This document shows, piece after piece, positions 28,101 through 37,655 of a stretch of DNA of 56,872 nt. The DNA comes from a virus (lineage: Duplodnaviria; Caudoviricetes). The notes under the pieces were generated by a model, which saw only the letters and a list, made by a program, of their open reading frames with translations, was not told where the DNA came from and ran no database searches. The position numbers were made by a program, and so were the translations under genes. The stretch spans positions 1 through 56,872 of IMG/VR virus record IMGVR_UViG_3300037483_000192, one strand, 5' to 3'. Position 1 is the first letter of the stretch; each line of letters begins with the position of its first letter.

Positions 28101-29689
28101 TGTCAGCCGTAGCTCTTAACGTCGCCGTCAATAAACCTTCGGCGCGGATAACCTCTATTCAGGCTCCGACTGGAGGCTGGAACAGGCGCGATCCGTTGTC
28201 GGGCATGAAGCAGAAGTATGCCGTCATTTTAGACAACTGGTTTCCGCTCCCGTACTCGATTCAGTTTCGCAAGGGATCGAGTGATTGGGCGACGGCGATT
28301 ACTGACGAGGAAGTAGAGCCTTCTGAAATCACGGTCAATACGCTGATTACCTATCGTCCGGCGAGCGGGAACGATGAATTGTGGGCGTTCGCTGGAGAAC
28401 TGTTGTTCGATGTGTCGGCTAGCGGAGATGTGGGCGCAAGTGAAGTCTCTGGATTGGCCAGTGATGAGTGGAACTGCACGAACTTCTCGACCACCGGGGG
28501 GAACTTTCTAATCTGCATGAATGGCGTAGATTTGATGCTGTTGTACGACGGTACGGATTGGACGCCGATTGACGGGTTATCGACTCCGGCTATTACCGGG
28601 ATTGCTACAAGCAGCCTGATCAACCTGTTCGTTCACAAGGAGAGACCTTACTACATCGAGAAAAACTCGATGAGCGTCTGGTATCCGGCTGTTGGGGCCA
28701 TTGCCGGAGCTTTGACTGAATTGAACCTTGCCTCGGTGTTCAACAAGGGCGGGTATCTGGTAGCCGGAGGTTCGTGGTCGGTCGATGCCGGGGACGGAAA
28801 GGATGACTACTGGTGCGTCATTACCTCAGAAGGGGAGATAGCCGTTTACCAGGGGGATGATCCTGGCACCGCCAACACATGGTCCCTGATCGGAGTGTTC
28901 GAGGTCGGGCAACCGATCGGCAGAAGGTGTCTGAAAAAGTACGGCGGGGATCTGCTGATTCTCACCGTGGACGGAATTGTATCGGCTACCGCGGCTTTCC
29001 AGCTTGGCCGAGAAAAGGCGATGCAATTGGCGTTGACCGATGTAATCCAGGGGGCAGTCGCTGAGTCAGGGGAACTCTACAAGGGCTCCTACGGCTGGCA
29101 CATGACCCTGTTCGCCACGGCCTCAATGTTCTTGGTGAACGTCCCTGAATCGACCGGGGTCAAGCAGTGGGCGATGAACACGGTCACCAAAGCTTGGGGG
29201 CGGTTCCTTGACTGGGAGACGACGTGCTTTGAGATATTCAACGATGAACTTTATTTCGGCGGTCTTGGGCTGGTCAAAAAGGCGTGGACTGGAAAGAGCG
29301 ATAGTAGCGTTGCGATCATGGCCGAAGTCGTACCTGCTTTCAGTTACTACGGATCTAAGGGGAACACGAAACAGTTCTTGATGCTCCGTCCGACGATCGA
29401 GTGGGACTCCAATCCTCTATCGATCAAGATTGGGGTTGACGTTGATTTCAGGACCGAGACGCCGACACAGGAAATAGCGCTCGGCCCTTCATCGAGTGCA
29501 AGTCTTTGGGGTACGGGAGTTTGGGGAACTGCGCAGTGGGGGAGCGGGCAGCTCATTCCAAGATCGGAGTGGTACACGGTTTCGGGTATTGGTCTGTCTG
29601 GTGCTCCGCATATGATTTTGCAATCCGCAGTATCTGCGGCTCGAATCACGTCATTTGATGTAGCTCATCAGCAAGGCTCGGTGTTTTAA
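28100..29689 (+). CDS. Tail nozzle / DNA stabilization protein
   Basis: APTGGWNRRD..LDNWFP start, beta-propeller character and a WG..xWG repeat. Confidence 0.75.
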   Translation: MSAVALNVAVNKPSARITSIQAPTGGWNRRDPLSGMKQKYAVILDNWFPLPYSIQFRKGSSDWATAITDEEVEPSEITVNTLITYRPASGNDELWAFAGELLFDVSASGDVGASEVSGLASDEWNCTNFSTTGGNFLICMNGVDLMLLYDGTDWTPIDGLSTPAITGIATSSLINLFVHKERPYYIEKNSMSVWYPAVGAIAGALTELNLASVFNKGGYLVAGGSWSVDAGDGKDDYWCVITSEGEIAVYQGDDPGTANTWSLIGVFEVGQPIGRRCLKKYGGDLLILTVDGIVSATAAFQLGREKAMQLALTDVIQGAVAESGELYKGSYGWHMTLFATASMFLVNVPESTGVKQWAMNTVTKAWGRFLDWETTCFEIFNDELYFGGLGLVKKAWTGKSDSSVAIMAEVVPAFSYYGSKGNTKQFLMLRPTIEWDSNPLSIKIGVDVDFRTETPTQEIALGPSSSASLWGTGVWGTAQWGSGQLIPRSEWYTVSGIGLSGAPHMILQSAVSAARITSFDVAHQQGSVF

Positions 29690-29691
29690 GG

Positions 29692-30135
29692 GTGCGGGTC
29701 GTTACCGGCCCAGATGTTGTTACCTGGGTCCATGTGCAGCTTCACCGTTTTTGCCCGGACAAGAATTTAGCACGCGGGCTTGGATTCGTGCTCGATGGTC
29801 GTTTAGTAGCGGGCGTCACGTACTGCAATTGGAATGGCTATGACGTGCAAATGTCGATGGCAGTGAATCCTGGCTTTCAGTGGTCTCGGCGCGCATTGGC
29901 CGCGATTTTCGGGTATCCATTTTTACAGTTGAAATTGAATCGTGTTACAGCACTAGTTGAGTCGGACAACGTCGATTCGCAGCGTTTCGTTAAAAGGCTC
30001 GGAGGCACGCTTGAGGCGAAATTAGCCGAGGCGTGTCACTCTGGGGATCTACTCGTGTATCGCATGTTGCGATCCGAGTGCCGTTGGCTGAGGGATAGAA
30101 ATGACCAACCTGTTTTCAGGTCCGAAACCGCCTGA
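29692..30135 (+). CDS. GNAT family acetyltransferase-like protein
   Basis: F.YPF.QL...RVTALV..DN..S..F..RLG..LE. Confidence 0.8.
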   Translation: MRVVTGPDVVTWVHVQLHRFCPDKNLARGLGFVLDGRLVAGVTYCNWNGYDVQMSMAVNPGFQWSRRALAAIFGYPFLQLKLNRVTALVESDNVDSQRFVKRLGGTLEAKLAEACHSGDLLVYRMLRSECRWLRDRNDQPVFRSETA

Positions 30136-31405
30136 TACGCCTGACTACTCTAGGCTCGCTCGCGAGCAAGGGGTAGAAAACCAGCGCGCCGCGCAGCAAA
30201 CCGCACTACTCGGGAGCCCGAACGAAAATACTCCGTGGGGGTCTATTGATCGTCAGTTCGATCCGGCTACCGGGCAGTTCACGTACACGACGAGCCTCAC
30301 CGAAGATCAGGACAAGCTTTTCCAGGGTGGGGAGGATATCGACCTTGCCCGTATGAATTTGGGCAAGGAGCAGATCGGGAATATCTCCGACATATGGGGC
30401 CAGTCGTTCGATACCTCGGGGATGACCGATCGTGTCACTGGGGTTCCAAGGTCGGATATTCAAACTTCGATCAACGGCACGGATTACAACTTCGATCCAG
30501 GTCAGGCTCCGGGTTATCAGTCGGCGCTCGACCTTGGGAAGCTGGGGAACAGGCCGACGCTTGATTTCTCAGGACTTCCGCAAATGCCTGGAGTTGGGGA
30601 TTTCGGAGCGGAAAGGCAGAAGGTCGAGGACGCTCTGTACGCTCAGCATACGTCCAGGCTTGACCCGCAGTTTCAGCAGGACGAGACGGCGCTCAAGAAC
30701 AGACTCTACTCGCAGGGAATTCGCGAAGGAAATCCGGCGTGGACACAGGCTTTCGACGATTTTCATAGACAGCGATCCGGGGCGTACACAGATGCTCGTA
30801 ATACGTCGATTACCGGGGCTGGTGCCGAGCAATCAAGGCTGTTCGGCATGGCCTCAACGGCGAGAGGTCAGCAAGCACAAGAGGCTCTAGCGTCCGCAGG
30901 GTTTGGCTTGGATTCTCGTTCGCAGGGAGTTTCCGAGGCGTTGACGGAAGGAAATTTCTCGAACGTCGTGACCCAGCTTGAGAGGTCTTACGGGTTGGAC
31001 CGACAGGCGGCGATCAACATGGCTACCCAATTGCAGAATCAGCTCGAATTGCAGTCCGGTACATTCCAGAACGCGGCCGGTCAGCAAGGGTTTGATCAGG
31101 ACCTAACGAACGCGATGCTAGCCAATCAGTCTAGGGGCCAGGAAATGGACGAGGCTGCTTTCCTTCGATCGCTGCCGTTCAACGAATTCTCGGCGATGAC
31201 CCAAGGTACTCAGGTTACTCCTCCAAACTTCAGCGGTCCTACGGTGGCGCCAGGAATCCAAGGGGCACCGATCTATCAGGCTGGGCAGGATACCAATCAG
31301 GCCCAGTACAACAACTGGGTACAGCGCATGAATCAGCTCAATGAGATGTGGGGCAACATCAGTAGTGTTGCGGGTTCTGCGGTGAGCGCTCTGAGTCCCG
31401 TCTGA
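30101..31405 (+). CDS. Ejection / internal virion protein
   Basis: PKPPDTPDY, N..TPWGS and L..QGI..G motifs; Q/N-rich. Confidence 0.7.
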   Translation: MTNLFSGPKPPDTPDYSRLAREQGVENQRAAQQTALLGSPNENTPWGSIDRQFDPATGQFTYTTSLTEDQDKLFQGGEDIDLARMNLGKEQIGNISDIWGQSFDTSGMTDRVTGVPRSDIQTSINGTDYNFDPGQAPGYQSALDLGKLGNRPTLDFSGLPQMPGVGDFGAERQKVEDALYAQHTSRLDPQFQQDETALKNRLYSQGIREGNPAWTQAFDDFHRQRSGAYTDARNTSITGAGAEQSRLFGMASTARGQQAQEALASAGFGLDSRSQGVSEALTEGNFSNVVTQLERSYGLDRQAAINMATQLQNQLELQSGTFQNAAGQQGFDQDLTNAMLANQSRGQEMDEAAFLRSLPFNEFSAMTQGTQVTPPNFSGPTVAPGIQGAPIYQAGQDTNQAQYNNWVQRMNQLNEMWGNISSVAGSAVSALSPV

Positions 31406-32925
31406 TGGCGATGAACAAGCAGCAACTTCTCGCGATGCTGATGTCGCAGCAACCGAACATCACGACGGGCTCTGCAAATCCAGCGCTGCGAACATCTGCA
31501 CCAGCTCCACCGACACCACAGTCAGTTGATCGCCGGCGAATGCTTGCCGAGATCCTGTCGGTGCCGGTAGAGACCCCGCGGACACCGGCCGGCATGGTGC
31601 CCTCTATCGAGGGCGCGGCAATCTCAGGAGTTGCCAATATCGCAAAAGCCATCATGGGCGCTCGAAATCGCAAAAAATCCGACGCACAATCACGCGAATT
31701 GCTGGCGAAAGAGCTTGCGATCTCACAAGGACAAGATCCGTTCGCGTCCGAGCTGCAACCGATCGAATCTCCTGTTTTGAGCGGCCGTGTGCCCATTCTG
31801 GAGGGGCCGGGTGCCGATGAGGCGGTAGCGGCTACCCAAGCAGGTATTCAGCCATTCCAGGGGGCTACAGAGGCCACTAGGGCGGCCGAGCAGCCGGCCA
31901 GGGCCGAGCATGACCTAGCGGCACTTCTCGATCCGCGGGCGAGTGGGATGGCCGCACAGAGGATTGCTCCGCCTCCTGGCGATCCGTTTACGCTCGGGGC
32001 GGGACAATCAAGGTTCGATGCGCAAGGGAACGTGATTGCTCAAAGCCCGCACGCTCCTGGAACTGGGAATGACGCCAAGCCTCCGGCGTCGATAGCCGAG
32101 TACAACCTCTATTCTGAGCAAACCCGTGCCGCGGGAGAGGAGCCGGCATCGTTTCAGGACTGGCAGCAGAGCATGGCGCGAGGACAGGTTATCGAGTTCG
32201 AGGGCGCCAAGTACATCCTGAATCCGGTAACGAAGGAGTACACGCCGATCTCGACCAGGGAAGGCGAGATATCGGCAGCAGCAGATAGAGCCTCCCAGAT
32301 TTCGGCGGCAGAGGAGGGGGGCGTGTCCCTGACCCCTGGACAGAGAGCCGTCGATACCAAGTTCGCGGATGATTACGTGCAGTGGCAAGCCGTTGGAGGT
32401 TTTGCCGATGTGCAAAAGAACCTATCGCAGTTGCAGGACGTGCAGAGACGGCTTGAGTCTGGCGAGGAGTCTTTGACTGGAACCGCTATCGGTAATACTC
32501 CTCGGAATATTCTAGCTGCAACCAACCCTGCCGCACTGAATACGCTTGAGGCAGTTGAGGAGGTTGTCCAAAGGAACCTAAGACTCATACTTGGCGCGCA
32601 GTTCACCGAGAAAGAGGGCGAGCGACTTATCGCTCGTGCATACAACCCTAGGCTCCCAGAATCAGACAACGCGGTGCGCGTTGGGCGACTGATGCGGTCT
32701 CTCGAAGATGCTGCCAAGGCAAAAGACAGTGCAGCACAGTACTTTGCGGAGAGAGGAACGCTGGCTGGCTGGAATGGAAGGCTGTTTACGCTTGGTGATT
32801 TTGAATCGGCGATCAGTTCGTCTAGCAATGAGACTGAACCATCGCAGACGCGCGAAGCGCAAGAGATCACAGATGATCCTCTTTCGTCGCTCACGCCAGA
32901 GCAGCGGCAACGGTACGGACTCTGA
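31405..32925 (+). CDS. Ejection / internal virion protein
   Basis: Podovirus gene order; LGAQFTEKEGERL motif. Confidence 0.65.
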   Translation: MAMNKQQLLAMLMSQQPNITTGSANPALRTSAPAPPTPQSVDRRRMLAEILSVPVETPRTPAGMVPSIEGAAISGVANIAKAIMGARNRKKSDAQSRELLAKELAISQGQDPFASELQPIESPVLSGRVPILEGPGADEAVAATQAGIQPFQGATEATRAAEQPARAEHDLAALLDPRASGMAAQRIAPPPGDPFTLGAGQSRFDAQGNVIAQSPHAPGTGNDAKPPASIAEYNLYSEQTRAAGEEPASFQDWQQSMARGQVIEFEGAKYILNPVTKEYTPISTREGEISAAADRASQISAAEEGGVSLTPGQRAVDTKFADDYVQWQAVGGFADVQKNLSQLQDVQRRLESGEESLTGTAIGNTPRNILAATNPAALNTLEAVEEVVQRNLRLILGAQFTEKEGERLIARAYNPRLPESDNAVRVGRLMRSLEDAAKAKDSAAQYFAERGTLAGWNGRLFTLGDFESAISSSSNETEPSQTREAQEITDDPLSSLTPEQRQRYGL

Positions 32926-34433
32926 TGACAGACCTAAACCAACTTGTCATCGCTCTGAAGAAAGCGGACGAGGCGGGGGACGAGCAAGCTGCTCAGGCCA
33001 TCGCAGCGGCGATAAAACAGCAGCGATCGAATCCCGTACAGCAGCCAGAGCAGGCTCCTGAAAACCCTACCCGCCTTCCGTTCGCCGGAGGTGAGTCATA
33101 CGCAGAATCCGGACCTATGGGCGATCAGTTGATGCGCGTACTTGGTCAGGGTGCTAGATCAATGGGGAACGCGGTAGGCGGAACGGCTGGCATATTCGTC
33201 GATCCGATCATCATGGGGAAGAACAAACTGTTCGGCACTAACGATCCTTTCGCTCGCGAGGCGATGTCGCAAGTTTCCGACAAGGTCGGGCTTCCGGCAG
33301 CGGAAACAGGGCCAGAAAAAGCCGCGGCTTTTACCACGGAGTTTGTAACTGGCATGCCGTTAGGCGGTCTGTTGACTCGCGCAATTACTCCAGCAAGCGT
33401 GCCTCGCGTTCCTACATCGAGTGCTACCGCTCCGGGTGCGGCAACGCTTGAGAATGCCGGCGTTCCTCTGGATGCCAGTCAACGCTCTGGTAGTGCCTTG
33501 GCCGGGCGTGTTAGGTCAGCGGTAACCGATCATCCGATGACGGCTAATCGTCAGCAGTCGTTCACGACCGATCAACTGAAGGCTTATACGAGAGCCGTGC
33601 TTAACACAATCGGAGAAAAGGCGGACGAGGCGAGTCAGTCGGTGATGGCCAGAGCTAAATTAAGGATCGGGTCTGTATTCAACTCGATCGCCAAGAAAAG
33701 CCCGGCGATGTTCGATGATGCGCTTGAAACCGATATTGCAGGAACGGTTCAAAAAGCGAGCCGCATTCTGACCGATAGCGAATTGAAGGTATTGCAGAAC
33801 AACGTCGATGACATTCTGAACGCGGTTGACGATACGGGGCATATCAGTGGCGATGTGTTCAACAGAATTTCATCGACGCTCGGTCAGCTGTCGAAGAAAA
33901 AGGACATCGGGCATTTTGCCAGAGATATTCAGGAGTCGTTGTTTTCGTCTTTAGAGCGATCGTCTCCGGCGGACTCGGAAGTACTGAGAATTGCCCGTCA
34001 GCAATGGCGGAGTATGAACATTATCGATGATGCGATCGGAAAAGGGGTTGAGAAGTTTATCAGCCCGCTGAGGCTGTCGAACGCAGTTGCTTCGAGGCCC
34101 AATCAGAACATGAGCGTGTACGGGGCCGGGGGAGACCAAAGCTTGGTGCGCCTTGCAGAAGCCGGGAGAAGTGTTTTACCTGAAGGACTGCCAAATTCCG
34201 GTACTGCGCCGAGAGGGTGGTTGCAGTCTCCGTTGAGGGCCATTGCCACGGCTCCAGCCTACAAAGGTGCTCAGTCATTGCTTCAGCGATCAACAGGTGA
34301 TCTTGCTCAGCGGCCGCCACCGTTTCGGCCGGAGTCTCTGATTACTCCGTCTGCGTTAGCGACTGAACGCGCGTTGAGTCCTGAAGAGCAGCGTCGTCAG
34401 TTGCTCATCCAACAACTTTCGGGAGCGAACTGA
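32925..34433 (+). CDS. Ejection / DNA transfer protein
   Basis: Podovirus gene order; PNSGTA.R motif. Confidence 0.65.
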   Translation: MTDLNQLVIALKKADEAGDEQAAQAIAAAIKQQRSNPVQQPEQAPENPTRLPFAGGESYAESGPMGDQLMRVLGQGARSMGNAVGGTAGIFVDPIIMGKNKLFGTNDPFAREAMSQVSDKVGLPAAETGPEKAAAFTTEFVTGMPLGGLLTRAITPASVPRVPTSSATAPGAATLENAGVPLDASQRSGSALAGRVRSAVTDHPMTANRQQSFTTDQLKAYTRAVLNTIGEKADEASQSVMARAKLRIGSVFNSIAKKSPAMFDDALETDIAGTVQKASRILTDSELKVLQNNVDDILNAVDDTGHISGDVFNRISSTLGQLSKKKDIGHFARDIQESLFSSLERSSPADSEVLRIARQQWRSMNIIDDAIGKGVEKFISPLRLSNAVASRPNQNMSVYGAGGDQSLVRLAEAGRSVLPEGLPNSGTAPRGWLQSPLRAIATAPAYKGAQSLLQRSTGDLAQRPPPFRPESLITPSALATERALSPEEQRRQLLIQQLSGAN

Positions 34434-35602
34434 TGCCTAGAGCGGGAGGTACATATTCGTTACCAGCGCTGAATCCGGTTGTAGAAGGCACGGATATCGA
34501 GCCCACATGGGCGAATAACACGCTGAACGACATTGCGGCTGCGCTCACGGCTTCGCTTGCCAAGGACGGGCAAACGGTTCCGACGGCTAATCTGCCGATG
34601 GGCACGAATATCCACACTGGCGTCGGCGCCGCAACTTCCCGTACTCATTACGGCCAAGTAGCTCAGGTACAGGATGGCGCTTATAACCTTGCTGGATCTG
34701 TCGCTGGGGCTGACACGATCACCGGCTCTTTGTCTCCGGCGATTGCCGCGTATGCGAATGGAATGGCCGTGGTTATTCTCCCAGCCGAGAACAATACTGG
34801 GGGCGCAACTCTCGGCCTGAACGGCTTGACGGCTAGAAGCATCGTTGATTTTGCTGGCAATGCTCTTGCAGCCGATGCGCTTGTTGCCGGAATTCCGGTA
34901 ACAGTGCTCTACGACTTGGCGAATACCAGGTGGATTTTACAAAAGTCGCCGACTCATGCAAATCTTACGGCGCTTTCTAGTCTCTCTCTCATTGCCGATC
35001 GCCTGCCCTACGCAAACGGCACGGGTACGCTTGCTCTTGCGACATTTACCGCAGCTGCGAGGAACCTGTTAGACGACGCTGACGCATCTACGATGCGTAG
35101 CACTCTCGGGCTAGGAAGCCTTGCTGTGTTGTCGAGCGTGAACAACGACAACTGGAGTGGGGCCGATCTCGCCGTTGCGAATGGTGGCACGGGCTCTTCG
35201 GACGACTCGGGCGCACGCACGGCACTTGGCTTGGCGATTGGCACCAACGTCCAAGCCTGGGATGCAAACCTCGATCAGATCGCGGCGCTGGCCGTCACCG
35301 ACTCCAATTTCATCGTCGGCAACGGCTCGGCCTGGGTTGCAGAGTCCAGCGCCACGGCGAGGACATCTCTCGGGCTTGGCTCAATTGCAACGCAAGCAGC
35401 CAGCAACGTTGCTATTACTGGCGGAGCAATTTCCGGCATTACCGATCTCGCAGTTGCCGACGGCGGCACGGGCGCGAGCGACGCCGCGAACGCGCGCTCG
35501 AATCTAGGCGTTGGCTCGATGGCGACGCGCGCCGTCACAATCAGCACTGGCGATCCGTCTGGTGGCGCAGACGGGGATGTTTGGCTCAAGTACACGGCCT
35601 AG
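34433..35602 (+). CDS. Tail fibre protein
   Basis: N-terminal GTYSLP..NPV...DIA.ALT.S...DG; ARxxLGL and LAVAxGGTG repeats. Confidence 0.85.
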   Translation: MPRAGGTYSLPALNPVVEGTDIEPTWANNTLNDIAAALTASLAKDGQTVPTANLPMGTNIHTGVGAATSRTHYGQVAQVQDGAYNLAGSVAGADTITGSLSPAIAAYANGMAVVILPAENNTGGATLGLNGLTARSIVDFAGNALAADALVAGIPVTVLYDLANTRWILQKSPTHANLTALSSLSLIADRLPYANGTGTLALATFTAAARNLLDDADASTMRSTLGLGSLAVLSSVNNDNWSGADLAVANGGTGSSDDSGARTALGLAIGTNVQAWDANLDQIAALAVTDSNFIVGNGSAWVAESSATARTSLGLGSIATQAASNVAITGGAISGITDLAVADGGTGASDAANARSNLGVGSMATRAVTISTGDPSGGADGDVWLKYTA

Positions 35603-35604
35603 CC

Positions 35605-36108
35605 ATGACGCTGCACACCAAAGTTAGCGGAGATTGGAAAGAGGTTGCGTCGGGCGGCGGGCTCAGCGTGAAGGTTTCCGGTGACTGGAAGACGGTAGCC
35701 GAGGGCTTGGTCAATGTCTCTGGCGCGTGGAAACAGTTCTATCAAAACGCGGTGGTCACGCTTTCAGGCGAGACTATTACAGGCGTCATTGAGGCGCAGC
35801 TTGTTGTCAAGTCTGATGGCACGGTAGAGAAGTATCTAGACGGCGTATTCACACAAATAGACGGAGGCACAGATTGGGTCATTCCGAACTCGGCCGCATC
35901 GTCACTGTACGAAGTGATGTTCAGCCAAGATTCTGGAAGTGCGCCCGAAGTTGGCACGCTAGACTCATGGCAAGACCTCGGAACTGATCGTTCGCTTGGG
36001 TACAACACCGACACCCCTGGCTCTGGGATATTCACTGTTCAAATCAGATACAACGGCGGCGCGCCTCTTTCTAGCGCTCAATATACCATTGGCCATACAG
36101 GAACATGA
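35605..36108 (+). CDS. Tail fibre tip / receptor-binding adaptor
   Basis: Triple KVSG.WK repeat. Confidence 0.6.
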   Translation: MTLHTKVSGDWKEVASGGGLSVKVSGDWKTVAEGLVNVSGAWKQFYQNAVVTLSGETITGVIEAQLVVKSDGTVEKYLDGVFTQIDGGTDWVIPNSAASSLYEVMFSQDSGSAPEVGTLDSWQDLGTDRSLGYNTDTPGSGIFTVQIRYNGGAPLSSAQYTIGHTGT

Positions 36109-36617
36109 GCGGGTACCCATCTTTAGATGACGCCGTTTCTGCGGCGTTGTTTGAGGCGTCTCGATTATCGCGCGAGCACAGAAGCAATCCTGAATATGTC
36201 GGGGTGATCTACGAGCAAGACGGGCAGCACTTTTATACGCCTCCAGTATCGTCAGGGAACACCAATGCAGCGAAACGCTCAGTGCATATACCCTCGGGTA
36301 GCGCAAGAGCGCTCTATCATAATCATCCAGGTCGTGGCGCTGAGGACTTCACACCGCAAGATATATCTACATCTAGTCGCTACGGAGTGCCAAGCTATAT
36401 TTCAGTTGAAGATCATAACAATGAGATTCGCAAGTGGAATCCAGCGGCTCCTTCGGCTACGAAAGTGAAGACTGGATCTTTGAGCAGAGATGTAGGAAAT
36501 TCTTTTAGTCGCGGCGAACCCGTTCTCGCTCAACTCCCATGGACCGAGATGAAGCGTCACATGATGATCGAATTGCTCGGTCGAAAGCCAGACGATTCTC
36601 GCGGGCTGACTAGATAA
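36105..36617 (+). CDS. DUF4329/JAB-like domain protein
   Basis: EYVGVIY...YHNHP...FTPQD...PSYI. Confidence 0.65.
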   Translation: MSGYPSLDDAVSAALFEASRLSREHRSNPEYVGVIYEQDGQHFYTPPVSSGNTNAAKRSVHIPSGSARALYHNHPGRGAEDFTPQDISTSSRYGVPSYISVEDHNNEIRKWNPAAPSATKVKTGSLSRDVGNSFSRGEPVLAQLPWTEMKRHMMIELLGRKPDDSRGLTR

Positions 36618-36683
36618 CATGGCCTTTGCGTTGCCATGACCCACTCCCCAGATGCGCGAAGCGCAAACCTGACCCTGACCCGC

Positions 36684-37052
36684 ATGGCTGAAACTCTCCG
36701 GCAAAAGCAGTCGAGGTTCGCGCGTCTCGTCGGCCTGCTGATCGAGTGGCTTTATGCCAATGGATATGAAGCGACGTTTGGCGAGACGCTGCGAACGCAG
36801 GCCGAAGCCACGCTGAACGCTGCGCAGGGCGACGGCATCAAGAACAGTTTGCATCTAGTCAAGCTCGCGATCGATCTGAATCTGTTTCGTGACGGCAAGC
36901 TATTGAAGACGGCGAGCGCCTATGCGCCGGCAGGGGCGTTCTGGAAATCGTTAGGTTCTGACTGTCGGTGGGGCGGTGATTTTCGCCGCGCTGATGGGAA
37001 GCCGAAACCGGATGCGTACCACTTTTCGATTGAGTACCAAGGAATCAAATGA
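36684..37052 (+). CDS. Endolysin, M15 family peptidase
   Basis: RT..., SLH..KLAIDL and WGGDF...D..HFS motifs. Confidence 0.9.
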   Translation: MAETLRQKQSRFARLVGLLIEWLYANGYEATFGETLRTQAEATLNAAQGDGIKNSLHLVKLAIDLNLFRDGKLLKTASAYAPAGAFWKSLGSDCRWGGDFRRADGKPKPDAYHFSIEYQGIK

Positions 37053-37390
37053 ATAGACCGCCACTTTCGTACATCACCGCCTACCTACAGTGTGCCGTGG
37101 CAATCATTTTCCTGATTGGCTACTTCGGATTTTTGGTGATGCTGTTTTCGGGGAAGGCGAACATTGACCCAGAAATGGCCGAGCTAGGCAAAACGCTCGC
37201 TGTTGGATTGAGCGGCGCGCTCGGATTGCTGTTCGCCTTTCTCTATCTGCGCTCCCGTATTGACGGCCCGCCCGATCCTGCAAGGACCACGATCGACCAA
37301 ACGACCGTGACCAAAACTGTTCCCGAAGAACCGATCATTGCCCCAGTTCCCGAAGGAGGGAAGCAAGATGAGAAGCCTGAAAGTACCTAG
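37049..37390 (+). CDS. Holin-like membrane protein
   Basis: Two hydrophobic helices; directly after the endolysin. Confidence 0.65.
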   Translation: MNRPPLSYITAYLQCAVAIIFLIGYFGFLVMLFSGKANIDPEMAELGKTLAVGLSGALGLLFAFLYLRSRIDGPPDPARTTIDQTTVTKTVPEEPIIAPVPEGGKQDEKPEST

Positions 37391-37655
37391 TCTATTTCTA
37401 GTTGCGCTGCTCGCCGGCTGCGCCAACCTGACGTTCGATCAAAAGCTCCAGAACGGATACGACCTGAATGTATCTGTTCGGGACGCCGCGACTCTATCTC
37501 TGAACGCCGGCCGGCTCACGAGCGAACAGGGTACGGAAGTGCTCGAAATCACTGATCGTACACGCCTGCTGCTCGATACGGCCGCTACTGGTGATGAACG
37601 AGGACTCAACCTCGCTCTTGAGATTCTGCAAGCAATTGAAAAGGAAACGCCATGA
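37368..37655 (+). CDS. Lipoprotein (spanin-like)
   Basis: Lipobox LAGC after a hydrophobic leader. Confidence 0.7.
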   Translation: MRSLKVPSLFLVALLAGCANLTFDQKLQNGYDLNVSVRDAATLSLNAGRLTSEQGTEVLEITDRTRLLLDTAATGDERGLNLALEILQAIEKETP

